From NCBI GenBank assembly GCA_051294375.1, contig CM119265.1, positions 21,948,278 to 22,012,277 on the forward strand: a DNA stretch of 64,000 bases. Reading direction: 5' to 3'. Origin of the DNA: Paraspadella gotoi (taxonomy: Eukaryota > Animalia > Chaetognatha). Numbering within the stretch: position 1 is the first letter of the stretch; each line of letters starts with the position of its first letter. The position numbers and the translations under genes are program-made. Positions 25,547-38,144 of the stretch are shown in pieces. The notes under the pieces were generated by a model. The model saw nothing but the letters and a program-made list of their open reading frames with translations. It was not told where the DNA came from and did not search any database.

Positions 25547-27161
25547 GAGAGTGGACGCCCCAGGAAATCGTACACGACTCTCGTTGTCTTTTCTCCACGA
25601 TGGCGTTGGTCATCGGCGCGTGAGAGGCTGAAAAAAGGATTTTAATAAATTAATCTTTATTGAAAAATAAAAAAGAAAAAAAGAAAGAAAGAAAGAAAGA
25701 ACACGCCGCACCAACCAGCCAACCGCCCCCTCAAAAAAAAAAACCAGTTTCTTTCTTTCGGGATGAAGTCAATCGTTTTCAATCGAGAAAAAACATCATG
25801 AAAAAGTCTTTTCTGCTCTTAAATCTCATCGCATGAGGCCTTAGATCTACGCAGTCTTCTCGCCGGGCGCCCTCTCTGTCGCAGAGAACAAAAGAAAAAC
25901 AAAAGACGGAACCAGTTTTCTTTTTTTTTTCTTCTTCTTTTTTTTCCTCCCGTTAAGCCCACTTAGTTAAGTCGATTTGAGTTATATTCTTTTTTAATTA
26001 AACGCGCATGGATGGAGCGTAAAGAATCATAATCGATTCCTAATAAGGTAATCAGTCTTCTCTCTTTTTTCTCTCTCCCCAAAACCGCCTTTGTTCTTAA
26101 TCCCTCGGCGTCGGCCTTTTTTGTCACTTGAAATTTTTAGCCAATTCTTTTTCATTTTTAGATTCGTCCGTCTCTCTCTCTCTCCTCTTTCTCTCTCTAT
26201 CCATCTCTCTCTCTCTCGTCTCTCTCTTTGCGTCTGGAACTGCCACTCAAAAAAAATTACCACTTATTAATTTTTTTTAAACTGTATTGCTCTTTACCTT
26301 CTCATCTAATTGTTTAAATATTTTTTTGTCCCTTTTTTTCGCCCCAAAAAATGAGGATACGATCTCTTTTTTTTTTAATTTTGAGACAGCGGTGGGGTCC
26401 CAGGGATGAATTGTATTTTGACCTGCCATCCATCTCTCTCCCACAAAAATTCTTTTTTTTTTTTAACTTATTCTTTCAAAAAAGAAAAAAGAAAAATAAT
26501 CCAGGTTATTTAACCTCCTTTTTTTGAAAAAATCCATCACCCCTTTTTCACAAAATCCAACACGGTTTTTTTTTTTAAATCCAACACCCCGATTCTAAAA
26601 ATCCAACACCCTGGCCCCTCTTCAGCGAGTAGAAATCCTAGATTTTTTTTTTGCTGGAATCCTCTCCGTTTTTAAAGCTTAATAATAATTCGATATATCT
26701 TTCTCCGAATCCGTTAATTCCACTAGTTTTGGGGCAAATATTTCGCAGAAATGAAATTTCGTACAAAAGAGGCTTAAGTAGTAAATCTTAAGAAAAGTAG
26801 TAAAGAAGCTTAGCGACAGCGGGCGAGGCGGGTAAGGCGGCTGTCGGCGCGAGTGAGTAAAGAAAGAAATTGCCTACGAGTGAGTTGACCTAAAAAACTG
26901 AGAAATTGTGACAAAGTTGAAACTGGAATCTTTGATGGAAACAAATATATATATAATTATATAATCCAATGAAAACGATTATCAAAATACATTAGTAACA
27001 GAACACTCAGGGATGGAGTTTTTAGGGTAATCCGTTACTAAAATTAACTAAAATAAAACGCCTGATGGGCAGAATGGAAAGATCTCTCGTCCTGGTGCAT
27101 AAATAAATTAATTTATCAATCCATCATTCGAAGAGTTATTCACGTTCCCACGAGCACGTAC

Positions 27162-27425
27162 CCCGCGACGAACTGGCGCGATCAAGATGCCTCTGGGATC
27201 CTTGGGGACGATGCGGTGTTGTTCCTCCGGAGACTCACGACGAGGATGCTGTCTCGACCTGATCCAGTCCTGCTCCTCGATCGCCCAATTTCTTCCTCAG
27301 GCTGATCCGAAGGCGAATGCGCTCGGTACCACATGGGGAAGTCGCGGCATAACTGGATTCACGACGTCCACGTGAAACTCGTAACCGTTGGCGGATCGGG
27401 GAGAAGGAAGCGAAGAGGTGCATTC
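27162..27425 (-). CDS. IgSF gene exon 5, colinear copy with indel errors
   Basis: Near-identical to the clean copy at 12686-12946 but with single-base indels; same acceptor TTTTTCCCCGCCAG and donor G|GTACGT. Confidence 0.65.
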
Positions 27426-28847
27426 CTGGCGGGGAAAAAGGTTTACATCGAAATGTCAGGGTTAAAATTTCAAGAAAATAATGCAAAGTTTCACGCCTCC
27501 TTCCTACGCTAGCACGGCTTGTAAGCCTAAAAGAGATTTGTTGAATTTTACGTAGAGGCGTTAAAATGACGACGAGAAAGGGGTTGGTGACATTAGAGAG
27601 AAGAGTTTTTTCTGTAACCATTAACGTCTTTTACAATTCGGTTAATCGTACTCCGACTACAAAATGAGCAACGATCTCAACTCGGGAAACCAAAATACAA
27701 TCCCACACACAAAAGGAGCACACAAATTCTCATTAAACAAACGGCATTGAACCAAAGAGCCAACCCCGAAAGTAGAAATTAATCGCCGGACATAAACAAA
27801 ACCGTAAAAGTCTCTCCTGGATCCGCACGAGATTGTACCATCGAGTTTCAATCCGATTCGGTCTATTAAACCCTTTTTTCCTTTTTTTTCGCGCAAGTTT
27901 TATGTTTTCATTAACCGGTTTTATGATCAATTGTATTTTTTTTGTTCCATTAATCTGTAACCTTTTTTACGTATTACTTTTCAACTGGTAGATTTAGTTA
28001 TCAGCTTGTGCGTTCATGACCGGTTTTTACCCTTGTTTTCCGAGAAAAAAAATTCCTTTGTACTCCTTGTTTATGTTAAACCCCTTTCTTTACAGCCGCA
28101 CCGCTTTGTTTATTTAATCTCCTTTCTACGTACAATTCTTGACTCTAAGTTTAACCGTCGTCTGGTGGCTTCTGTTATTTAGTTTTGTCTCAGCAATAGC
28201 TTTGTTCGGTAGCGGTGGCGTTCGTTTCACGGATCTCTTTCTTTCTTTCTTCCTTTTTTCTTTCTTTCATTCATTATTTTACTCGTTCCTTCTCTCTCTC
28301 TCTCTGTTACTACTTCCGTCACCACAATCCAGAGTACCCGATGCATCGTGGGACCCGCATCAAAGGAAACCGTATTAATTATCGTCATTATCATCGTCGT
28401 CGTCGTCGTCATCTTTGTGGTTGTTTTCCCAGTCACGCATCGGCAGCGAAGTGATCCGCTCCGTTACCCAGCGTCCTCACTCGAAAAATTATCGACTAAA
28501 CATTTGTTTTGATTCTTAAAGTTGATTCGCTTCCCTTTTCAAAATCATATGATCCGGATTCAATAAATAAGTTGTTGGTTTGGACCGCAGATTGGTTCAA
28601 GAACGTACGTTCGACTCTTGCTATCAGACCCTGGCCGGCGAATAAAAATGCTTAAATCCTGATTAAAAGAAGCTAATCCTAATTAAAAAGAAGCTAATCC
28701 TTATTAAAATTCACAAATCAATCAAGTTTCGGTACCCTTTTCCGTCGACTTTTGGCCCCGTATAATATAATTAACAACGGAAAAATTGTCAAGTAGTTCA
28801 ACGAATGATTTGTTGACGGCTCATTTTGTAAAGAAAAAGGAAATAGA

Positions 28848-28987
28848 GAGGATTGAGGATAGAGGATTGAGAATTGAGGATAGAGGATTGAGGATAGAGG
28901 ATTGAGGATAGAGGATTGAGGATTGACGATAGAGGATAGAGGATTGAGGATAGAGGATAGAGGATTGAGGATAGAGGATTGAGGATT
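28848..28987. repeat. Heptamer tandem repeat (GAGGATW) x ~20
   Basis: gaggatt/gaggata units; noisy copy at ~14840-15005. Confidence 0.9.
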
Positions 28988-30660
28988 AAGTCAAAGGAAT
29001 TATAAAGTGATTGACAAATTAAATTTTGTTCATTAGCCCGTCGACAGAAAATGAAGTCGCCTCTCAGTTTTGTCGACTCTGGCACCCAAAGTGACAATCT
29101 TCAAATCCAAAATTCATCCCTGCTAAATTTCTATTCCGAATCGCCCCAAAAGCGACTAATTNNNNNNNNNNNNNNNNNNNNNNNNNNNNNNNNNNNNNNN
29201 NNNNNNNNNNNNNNNNNNNNNNNNNNNNNNNNNNNNNNNNNNNNNNNNNNNNNNNNNNNNNNNNNNNNNNNNNNNNNNNNNNNNNNNNNNNNNNNNNNNN
29301 NNNNNNNNNNNNNNNNNNNNNNNNNNNNNNNNNNNNNNNNNNNNNNNNNNNNNNNNNNNNNNNNNNNNNNNNNNNNNNNNNNNNNNNNNNNNNNNNNNNN
29401 NNNNNNNNNNNNNNNNNNNNNNNNNNNNNNNNNNNNNNNNNNNNNNNNNNNNNNNNNNNNNNNNNNNNNNNNNNNNNNNNNNNNNNNNNNNNNNNNNNNN
29501 NNNNNNNNNNNNNNNNNNNNNNNNNNNNNNNNNNNNNNNNNNNNNNNNNNNNNNNNNNNNNNNNNNNNNNNNNNNNNNNNNNNNNNNNNNNNNNNNNNNN
29601 NNNNNNNNNNNNNNNNNNNNNNNNNNNNNNNNNNNNNNNNNNNNNNNNNNNNNNNNNNNNNNNNNNNNNNNNNNNNNNNNNNNNNNNNNNNNNNNNNNNN
29701 NNNNNNNNNNNNNNNNNNNNNNNNNNNNNNNNNNNNNNNNNNNNNNNNNNNNNNNNNNNNNNNNNNNNNNNNNNNNNNNNNNNNNNNNNNNNNNNNNNNN
29801 NNNNNNNNNNNNNNNNNNNNNNNNNNNNNNNNNNNNNNNNNNNNNNNNNNNNNNNNNNNNNNNNNNNNNNNNNNNNNNNNNNNNNNNNNNNNNNNNNNNN
29901 NNNNNNNNNNNNNNNNNNNNNNNNNNNNAAGTTAACTTGCCGCTACAAATAACGAACGGAAAGCAATTAAAAGAAGAAAAAACGCGCACAATCAACAATA
30001 CATACCTTCGATCATAGCCTTGATTTGGTAAATAACTCCCCGACAGTTTCGCTCCGCTTCCCTGACAAATACCAAATCTTAAATCCTAAATCGCAAGTCC
30101 TAAAATCCTAAATCCTAAATCCCTCAAATAGAAAATCTCAAATCCATGGCCATCGCAGATTTGCGTGTTCGCCGTGTTCGGTTTTAGTCGCCGGTTTGAG
30201 TCAAGTTTTTTTCTTAACCTTTCCTTTCCTTCGGTGTTAAATTTCCCCTTCCTTTTCCCACATTTTTATTTCCCGGAAGTCTTTACTTTTTATTTTCCAG
30301 AAGACGAATAACGAAAAGCGATGTTCATTTTGTTTTCAGGCCAAAACGACGTCAACGACGACGACAACGACGACGACGACGACGACGACAACCACCAGAA
30401 AAGTACAAGGAGGCATTTTAATTAAGAAGGAAAAAGGTCTTAAGTTTATATCTGTCTCTCGCTCTCGTTAATCTTGACGAAATAAAAATAATATAGAAAG
30501 AAAAACAAAAAGGAAAATCAGCGACGAGGGACGAGTTTTTTTGTTTTTTTTTCTCTGAAAATTATTAAACCGAGTCATTTGATTAATTGGTAGATTGCGT
30601 TTGTCAAATAAATGACATGTAAGAAAGGAAAAAAATTGAGAACGAACGATAGAAATTAAA

Positions 30661-30661
30661 A

Positions 30662-30732
<71 letters not shown>
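30661..30732. repeat. (AAAG)n microsatellite
   Basis: Direct inspection. Confidence 0.95.
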
Positions 30733-30733
<1 letters not shown>

Positions 30734-30869
30734 GTCCAGATAATCATTTTTCTAAAAATAAAAAACAATGAAACGCTCTCGCCAATCGATCAATCAATCT
30801 CTCTCTGCCCCAAAACTAACCAAAAAAATCCACCCAAAATCCAACCTCCCCCCCCCCCAACTTCCTCAC

Positions 30870-31065
30870 CCTTTCGCTGCACGGGCGGGACAAAGGGGGC
30901 GGGTCGGGTCCCGTTGAACTCGGGAAAGTAAGGCAAGATCTCGCCCATGACGTCGTGGAGGTCGACCTTGGGGTTGGAGGTCACGCGGAACTTGATCATT
31001 TGATCGGGGAGGTCCACGTAGAAGATCTGCTTTTCGGGACTGGAGAGAAGGGGGCCGAACTTGAC
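30870..31065 (-). CDS. IgSF gene exon 4 (start of Ig-like domain 3)
   Basis: CCCCCTACAG| VKFGPLLSSPEKQIFYVDLPDQMIKFRVTSNPKVDL...PVQRK G|GTGAGG; 196 nt, phase 0-1. Splicing to exon 3 recreates the Ig linker LDVKFGP. Confidence 0.82.
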
Positions 31066-31216
31066 CTGTAGGGGGAGAGGTATGTTGAGTGGTGAGTGAT
31101 TGGTTGAGGGTATGGATAAAGTAGTTTGATTGAAAAATATAGACTCGGTTCGTTGAGTATGAAATTCAATTTAAAGTATTTAGATTTTTCTCTTAAGGCT
31201 TTGTTTCCTTTGAGTT

Positions 31217-31290
<74 letters not shown>

Positions 31291-31440
31291 GGTCTCTCTC
31301 TCTCTTACTTTCTTTCTCTCTTTTCATCGCCCTCCCAAGTGCAAATTTCTCATCCCCTCGCTCCGCCCGACCGTTAACGTCTATAAATATCGCTCTATCC
31401 AATTTCCCTTCTCCTCTCCTTCCCCCCCCCTCCTCCTCAC

Positions 31441-31677
31441 GTCCAGCGGTCCAACAGAGCACGAGAGAGTGTCGAGGTCGTCCTTGGGCCAACCCGGAGG
31501 ATCCGCTCGACAGAGGAGCCTGGCGCCGTGGTCCGAGTGACGGGCGATCATGGTGAAGGTTTTCCCGGCGCCTGTGTTCGTCACGTTGGTCAGTTTGTCC
31601 TGGAAGAGAAAGGTTGGCTCTGGGTCAGAGGTTAATCTTGGCAGAAGGGATCGGGTCCTCACCCAAATATATCGTGT
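31441..31677 (-). CDS. IgSF gene exon 3 (C-half of CD80-like C2-set Ig domain 2)
   Basis: CAG| TRYIWVRT...FTMIARHSDHGARLLCRADPPGW...SCSVGPLD |GTGAGG; 237 nt, phase 0-0. D-H-G-A-x-L-x-C-x-A is typical of nephrin/Kirre-type C2-set domains. Confidence 0.85.
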
Positions 31678-33324
31678 CTGATTGTTTAAATGTTTTTTGA
31701 TAATCTCAACCACCAGTGTTATTATAGCTAGCTATATTTTTGACTTTGGGTTAGAAAGTGATCAATCATAAAAAAAATCACATTTGTATAATTCAGAGTT
31801 GTGTTTTCTTGTGGCGCCTGTACCATTTACATGGCATACCCCTTTGAATTAGCTAATACAACATAATTCGAAATAAGAAATGATCAGAAACAAATTGGCG
31901 TTGATGTATTATCATTAATCTCTAAATTAAACTTAAAAAAACATAAAAACAGAGGTAAAAGTATAAAAGACAAGAAAATGAAAATGATAAAAAAAAAAGA
32001 AAATTGAAACTGGTTCCTCTTTCTTACAATATGTATACGTATATAATATATATAATATGTAATATATACTATTTGATTGAATATTTTTTTAGAAAGTTAC
32101 TAATTCCTGCATTAGTGCATTTTAAACGTCTGAATATCGTTATGAAATTTCAGCCTTGCTTCTAAAATTCCTATTAACGCGTCAAACAAATGTAATATAA
32201 AACGAATTGACTAGAACAAACATAACGAAATAATGAAAGATAACTTTGCAAAAAAGTTTTTAAAAAAAATTAATGTAAATGTTGGAAGGTAGCCTAAAAG
32301 ATAACTATAACCGACAGGACATCCTAATTTAAACATGCCCAGAGACAAAAAAGAAAAATTCTTTCGGAATTCCGATCGTTCCGACTCTGAATGAGGAGAG
32401 AAGGAGGGAAATAGATTTTAAGTTTAAAGTTAGAAAGAAGAGAAGAAGAAGAAGAGAAGAGAGAAGAAGAAGACAGAAAAAGGAACGTATCGTCATGAAC
32501 GAATAGAGAGGAACAAGCGTCGCGAGCTACCCGCCAATGAAGAAAGGTCGCAAAAAATTGGAAGGAGATGATTAGAACAGAGCGAGAGTGAGAAGACCAC
32601 CATGTCGCTTCCGATTTCCAATTCTGGTTATCGCAGACTTTAAATGATAAATAATTTGAATTAAAGATAAATCGTTTTCTTTCCGCTTATTATTGTCGTA
32701 GAACTAATTGCCTTTTGTACACTTCCGATATTGATCCGCCCCTTAAATTTAGCCGGATTTAGCGTTACAACTTTTCATCGCCGGGAATTTTACGCATCCT
32801 CTCCTCTGTGACCCAAGTGTATTCGTGAATATGTTCTGCTATGATAATCATATTTACGAACCATTTCTGCAGACTGCAGAGTATCGCTTTTTATTACCTC
32901 TGGAGGAATTTAATGAATATTAGTATCGCACCCTCTTAGCTTAATACTCAAACCTCTAAATTTTTCTCTCAGACCCTGAGACTTTTGCCAAGTTTGGGAA
33001 AGCATCGAGGGAACTTGCTTTCAAAGCTGATCAGACGAAAAGAAGATCGTCAAGCGGCGTTGACAACACTACGCGCACCCTTTCGGTTCCAGGACGCAGA
33101 ATTCGTCAGATAATCAAAATGGCGGGAGATCGAAGCTTCTTCGATTCGACCTTCAAAATCATTTGTGTTTTTTCTTACAATTCAGTCCTTCATGACATTT
33201 CATTTTTTTTTTTATCGGGAGTGTGGGGGGGAAAAAGAGAGATGGATGGACAGTAAATCGAAGGCTTGGCACAGGGATCGATCCCGCGCTCTTCGGTTCC
33301 AGTGCCCGAATTAGGAATTTCAAC

Positions 33325-33356
<32 letters not shown>

Positions 33357-33739
33357 GAGAGAGGAGAGAGAGAAGAAGGGAGATGAGAGAGAGAGAAGAG
33401 AGAGAGAGATAGAGAGAGTGAGAGAGGATAAAAATTTTACCTCAAATTCGTGTCGCTATCTCAAACGTGGCTCTTAATTTATCTTTTATTTTACTTTTGT
33501 TTTTTTAAAAAAATATATTTTCAATGTTGGTTTTCTTTCAATCTTTACTTGAAGATTTCCCCTTTTTTTCTTTCTTTTTTTTTTTAAATTGGCCTGCGAA
33601 TCTGATCCAGTTTAATCTTTCATCATCTTCAATCTACGCATTTAAAATTATGCTTTGCCCGGTTTTTATAATCTGATTTTTTGGCTTTTTCTTAAATATC
33701 GTGTGAAAAGAGAGAACGAGAGAGAGAGAGAGAAGAGAC

Positions 33740-33772
<33 letters not shown>

Positions 33773-33773
33773 T

Positions 33774-33812
<39 letters not shown>

Positions 33813-36800
33813 AAATCGTCCCGATGACACTCCTACGAACTTCTTTTTTTTATCTTGCCACTAACGCGGCGGCTAATTGGCGTTTGTTAATTGTTCAAAA
33901 AGATTCTAAACCGGTCAGCCATGAATTTTACGCTTTCGCAATCCGCGTTATGACTTATGAATTAGGCGAAAGAATTTCAAGTTTTTTTAAAAAAAAATAA
34001 AAATCCTCGATGAAAACTTGAAAAGAATAAGAAGGAATGAAGAATTTGAGGCCCTTGACTCTAAACGGGAGTTAATGAGTTTATTATTTCCGTCAATTCA
34101 AGTTCCGTCTTTTTTTTTGCCGCCAGTATTTACGAGAAATGGTTTTGACGAAGAATCGTAACTTTGACGGTCGTGGAAAGTGTGGGACACGACGTAGTAA
34201 ATATGCCTTCCGCTTCCGTAAAACATTTACGGAGTTGTAAGACGGTCTTCGAGTTACTAAATGTCTTTTTCTACCGTGTCACGAAACTCAAGAGCTATAC
34301 AGGGAGGTCCTTTATGATGTTCGATGTTTTAGTATCGCTGGTTACAATTTTACAACCTCGGTACAATCGTAAATTTCCATTGTTACTATCTCATTTTTTT
34401 TTTTAAACTTACAACCGTAAACACTGACGACGTTTTTGCGATGACTTAAGTTGTGTCTTTTCCAAACATATTTCACTTGCTAAAAAAACACGATGACAAA
34501 AAGAGATCTTTATAGTTTAGCCAAATTGGTTTATTACGGCCTCTTTAACGATTTTTAACTTCACCGCCAGGGGGTGGATCTTAAAATTAAAAAAAATGTC
34601 TTTCGGAAAAAAAAAAGTTCCTCAGGGTTAATTTTCGCAGTAGTAGAAAGCGAGTGTGAAGGATTAGGAGCGAAAAAAATTCCCGGGGAGACGAAATCAT
34701 TTAATTAACACTAATCTTGAAAGACTTCTTTATTCGCGCTTAAGATACAATCAAACAGAGCCATTGTCCGCTTCAACAAGGGGTATTCTCATTCGAGCCT
34801 GGGAACCAAAAAGTCTAAAATTCACAATTATTCTTTTTATTATAAAAAAAATTATATATTGGGTCGTTCGTAAAAAATATTCGATTAACTAGAGTAAAAA
34901 TAATTCAATGACCCCGCGGATGTTTTTTTAAAACTTTTTTCTATTTCGCGTTAAAGACAGTAAAAAGATTTATGTACTATGCTTTAAAACATGTTTATTT
35001 AATAAGCATCTTGAACGATATTTGACGTCGAAAAGAACTCTCAGAAATAATTTTCACCTTTTTTAAATTAATTGAATATAGAATGTCATTAAATATATAT
35101 ATATAATCATCATATAACTGCGCTGTAAATTGTTTAGTGTTGATGACTAAATTTGAAAAAATAAGCTATAAGTTTTACTCAGCGACTGATAAAATACTAA
35201 TCGTCATTCATTCTCCGCAATATCATTTTTCAAGAGGCATTTCTGAAGCGGGAAGGAGTTCCAATTCATCGCGGTACGGTCAATTTTTACGATCGAATTT
35301 ACGTATCAGCGGGAAAATCGTCTCCTCCTTGCTTCAGGTTCTACAGGTTCTCTCTCTCTCTCTCTCTCTTCTTTTCTTTTGACTCGTTGTGTGCCGAGTA
35401 AACACAGTTAAGTTATCCCCAACATGTCGCAAGTCTTTCATTTACATTTTTCCGCTCAATCGGCCAGATATCATGAGTTTCTCTTTGAAAGTTGAACGTT
35501 AAATGACATGTTTTTTGTTAATATTATATGAAATTGGTACAACCAATATTTAATTTTTGTAAGAAAGCTTAAAATCATTTTAGCTGAGGCTATTAAACCA
35601 GTTAGATCAATAAATGTTTGCATTGAGGTAATGCTACTTTCACGTTGGTGATACTTACGATACAGATCGAATTGCAAAGACATAAATCAAAGATATAAAT
35701 CAATTATCAAACAATAAACGAATATTATGCATCGGTTAATCAATGAGTCTTTGGATGATATTCTTCAGAAATTGTCTCCATCAGAATTACCTTTGAACAG
35801 AGCAAGTGCAAAAGACCTACGGATTCAAATTGTGTTTTCCTTCAGGTTAATCTCGTTACGCTAGCCCTAATTTCCTCCCCTATATAAACATAATTAAATC
35901 GTAGAAGCGCATTCTTCCGGACTGGCAGACGCCAAGTTTGCGCTGACAAAAACAGCGCGTCTCTTTGAAAAAATTTCGCGATTTACGTAAATGTCTGTCT
36001 CCGTTTCTCTCTGTCTCTGTCTCTCTTCCTCGAGTCCCTGGAACGAGCCAATTTGGGGCGGGAATAAGGACTGTCCCTCTCCGTCGAATCGAACGTTACG
36101 AGCGAAAGCTCGGGACAAATCGAAACGAGCATAGCGGCATAGCGCATAGCATACAAGCCCGATCGTTAACTGTGCACAACAGTTTTGTCGTTAACCGAAG
36201 GTCATCTCAAGTGAAAGAATAAAAGCGCGCCTACCTTGGAGTGAGAGAGAGAGTCTAATCTTGAGACTTGACAGAAATGAAATCAAAGACTTTCGTGACA
36301 AGTTATTTATTCAGACTACTGTTTGCTTCGAATCGAATTTAAAAAGCTCTGCTTTAAACTTAGCAAAGGACCAAACCTTGTTTGAAATTAAAAGCCCTCT
36401 ACTCGTTGTTGCCTCTTCGAAGCTAAATGACAAGCCCGCGTGGGAGGAAGTATTTTTGGCGGAAAAGTGGGAATATTCGAGGCATCGAATCGAGGTAGTC
36501 TTCGAATGGGTTGGTCCGCGGGAGGAAGAGGCACGACAGGAACTCTCTTTCGGTCTGTTTCGCGAATCGCGAAGAAGAAGAAAAAAAACCGCAGATGAAT
36601 TTCGATTTCCATTCAATTCCATCTGATTTAAAAAATCCAATTCCATCCCAATTCCATCCCATCCTTTTTCCTTCGACGAAAATCACGTTGGGCCGATTTT
36701 TTTTTTCCCCTGGTCTGAAATTTCTGACGATTCTCTCAACAACACAAAAGCATTCATGACGCGAAAGTCGGACGACCCAAGAGTCGGTGACGACGACAAA

Positions 36801-37933
36801 GACGACGATAACAGCGACGAAGTTGTTATCGACAATGACTGGGAAGATGATGACGAGGACGATCGCGAAGTTTGGGTCATAATGATGTTCGAAAAAGTTT
36901 TAAAAACAATACAATGATTGAGATTTTGAACGGCTTTTTCATCGATAATAAATGAGATCGCGTTAACTCCAGCCACAATGATGGACAGTGTCGGTAGACA
37001 ATCGGTGACAGCTCCGATGACGATGACGGTAAACGATGACGGCGGCGAAATCGCCTCTTCATTCTTCGCGTCCCCGTTGCCTCCCGAAATCCCGCGCTTC
37101 GAATTTGGTGACCCAGTTTTTTTTTCTTCCCTACTTTTTTTTTCTTCTCGATTCATTCATTCATCTTCGGTTGAAAAAAATTTGGGACGCGGTCGCCGCG
37201 ATTCAAGATTTCAGCGACTCGGCGACAAGTTTGCACAAAGTTCATGTCAATATAATCTGATGAACTTCAAATCAGAATGTTAATATCTACATAATTCTTA
37301 TCAGGTTTGTTTATATTTGAAATTAGATCGAAGTTAAAACCCCCTACAAAAAAAAAATCTTTCGCGTCTATTTGAAATAAATTATTTGCCCTAATTACAA
37401 AATAAAAGTCATCATTCCCAATTGTATTTTTATGGACGTTTGAAACTTTTCAAAGTCAATTAATTTTTTTCCTTACCTGACGACGCAGCGTGGCTTCGCG
37501 AGATTTTACGCTATTTTGAGTGAATCCTCTTGATTTTTTCGACCAATCGCGCGAAGGAGGTCGTTTTAAACGTCCCCGTTTTAAAACCGTCTCTTTAACG
37601 ACTTCATTCGCTTTTTTATCGTTTTTAGATCGCAAAAAAAAAAAAAAAAAAAAAAAAATCTAGGTAAACGCCCAACGCAACTAGAAGTTTCTCGATCTTG
37701 CATTGCGACGATTCTCCGATTGTCTCTCTCTTCCTCCTCCTTTCACTTCTCTTTCTCTTCCTGTCTCTTTCATATGTCTATTGTCTTCGTATCCCTCTCC
37801 TTTAGAGTTTTTTTTCCTTGACAAACTTTTTTTTTTGGTTCCCATCATCTTCTGCTTTTTGCTTATTCTTTCAGTTTCAATGTTTGACAGCTCTTATTCT
37901 AATCTGACGAAAAACGTCTTTCCTTTTTACCTG

Positions 37934-38144
<211 letters not shown>

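Noticed and set aside
28848-28987. CRISPR-like or telomere-like array
   Set aside because: Spacer-less 7-bp tandem repeat within an intron.
29051-29998. Long ORFs in the ORF track (also at 3278-4046, 12277-12625, 37703-38287, 50169-50717, 54174-54752, 59855-60286)
   Set aside because: These are N-gap or microsatellite translations, apart from the real exon segments annotated separately.
33263-33310. tRNA T-arm-like fragment on the minus strand (GCGGGATCGATCCC)
   Set aside because: No A-box or cloverleaf; at most a SINE scrap.
36261-37283. ORFs of 100-157 aa on both strands (repeated at 51.2-52.1 kb and 55.2-56.1 kb)
   Set aside because: Driven by GAC/TCG low complexity, frames differ between copies, and no domain or consistent splice model was found.
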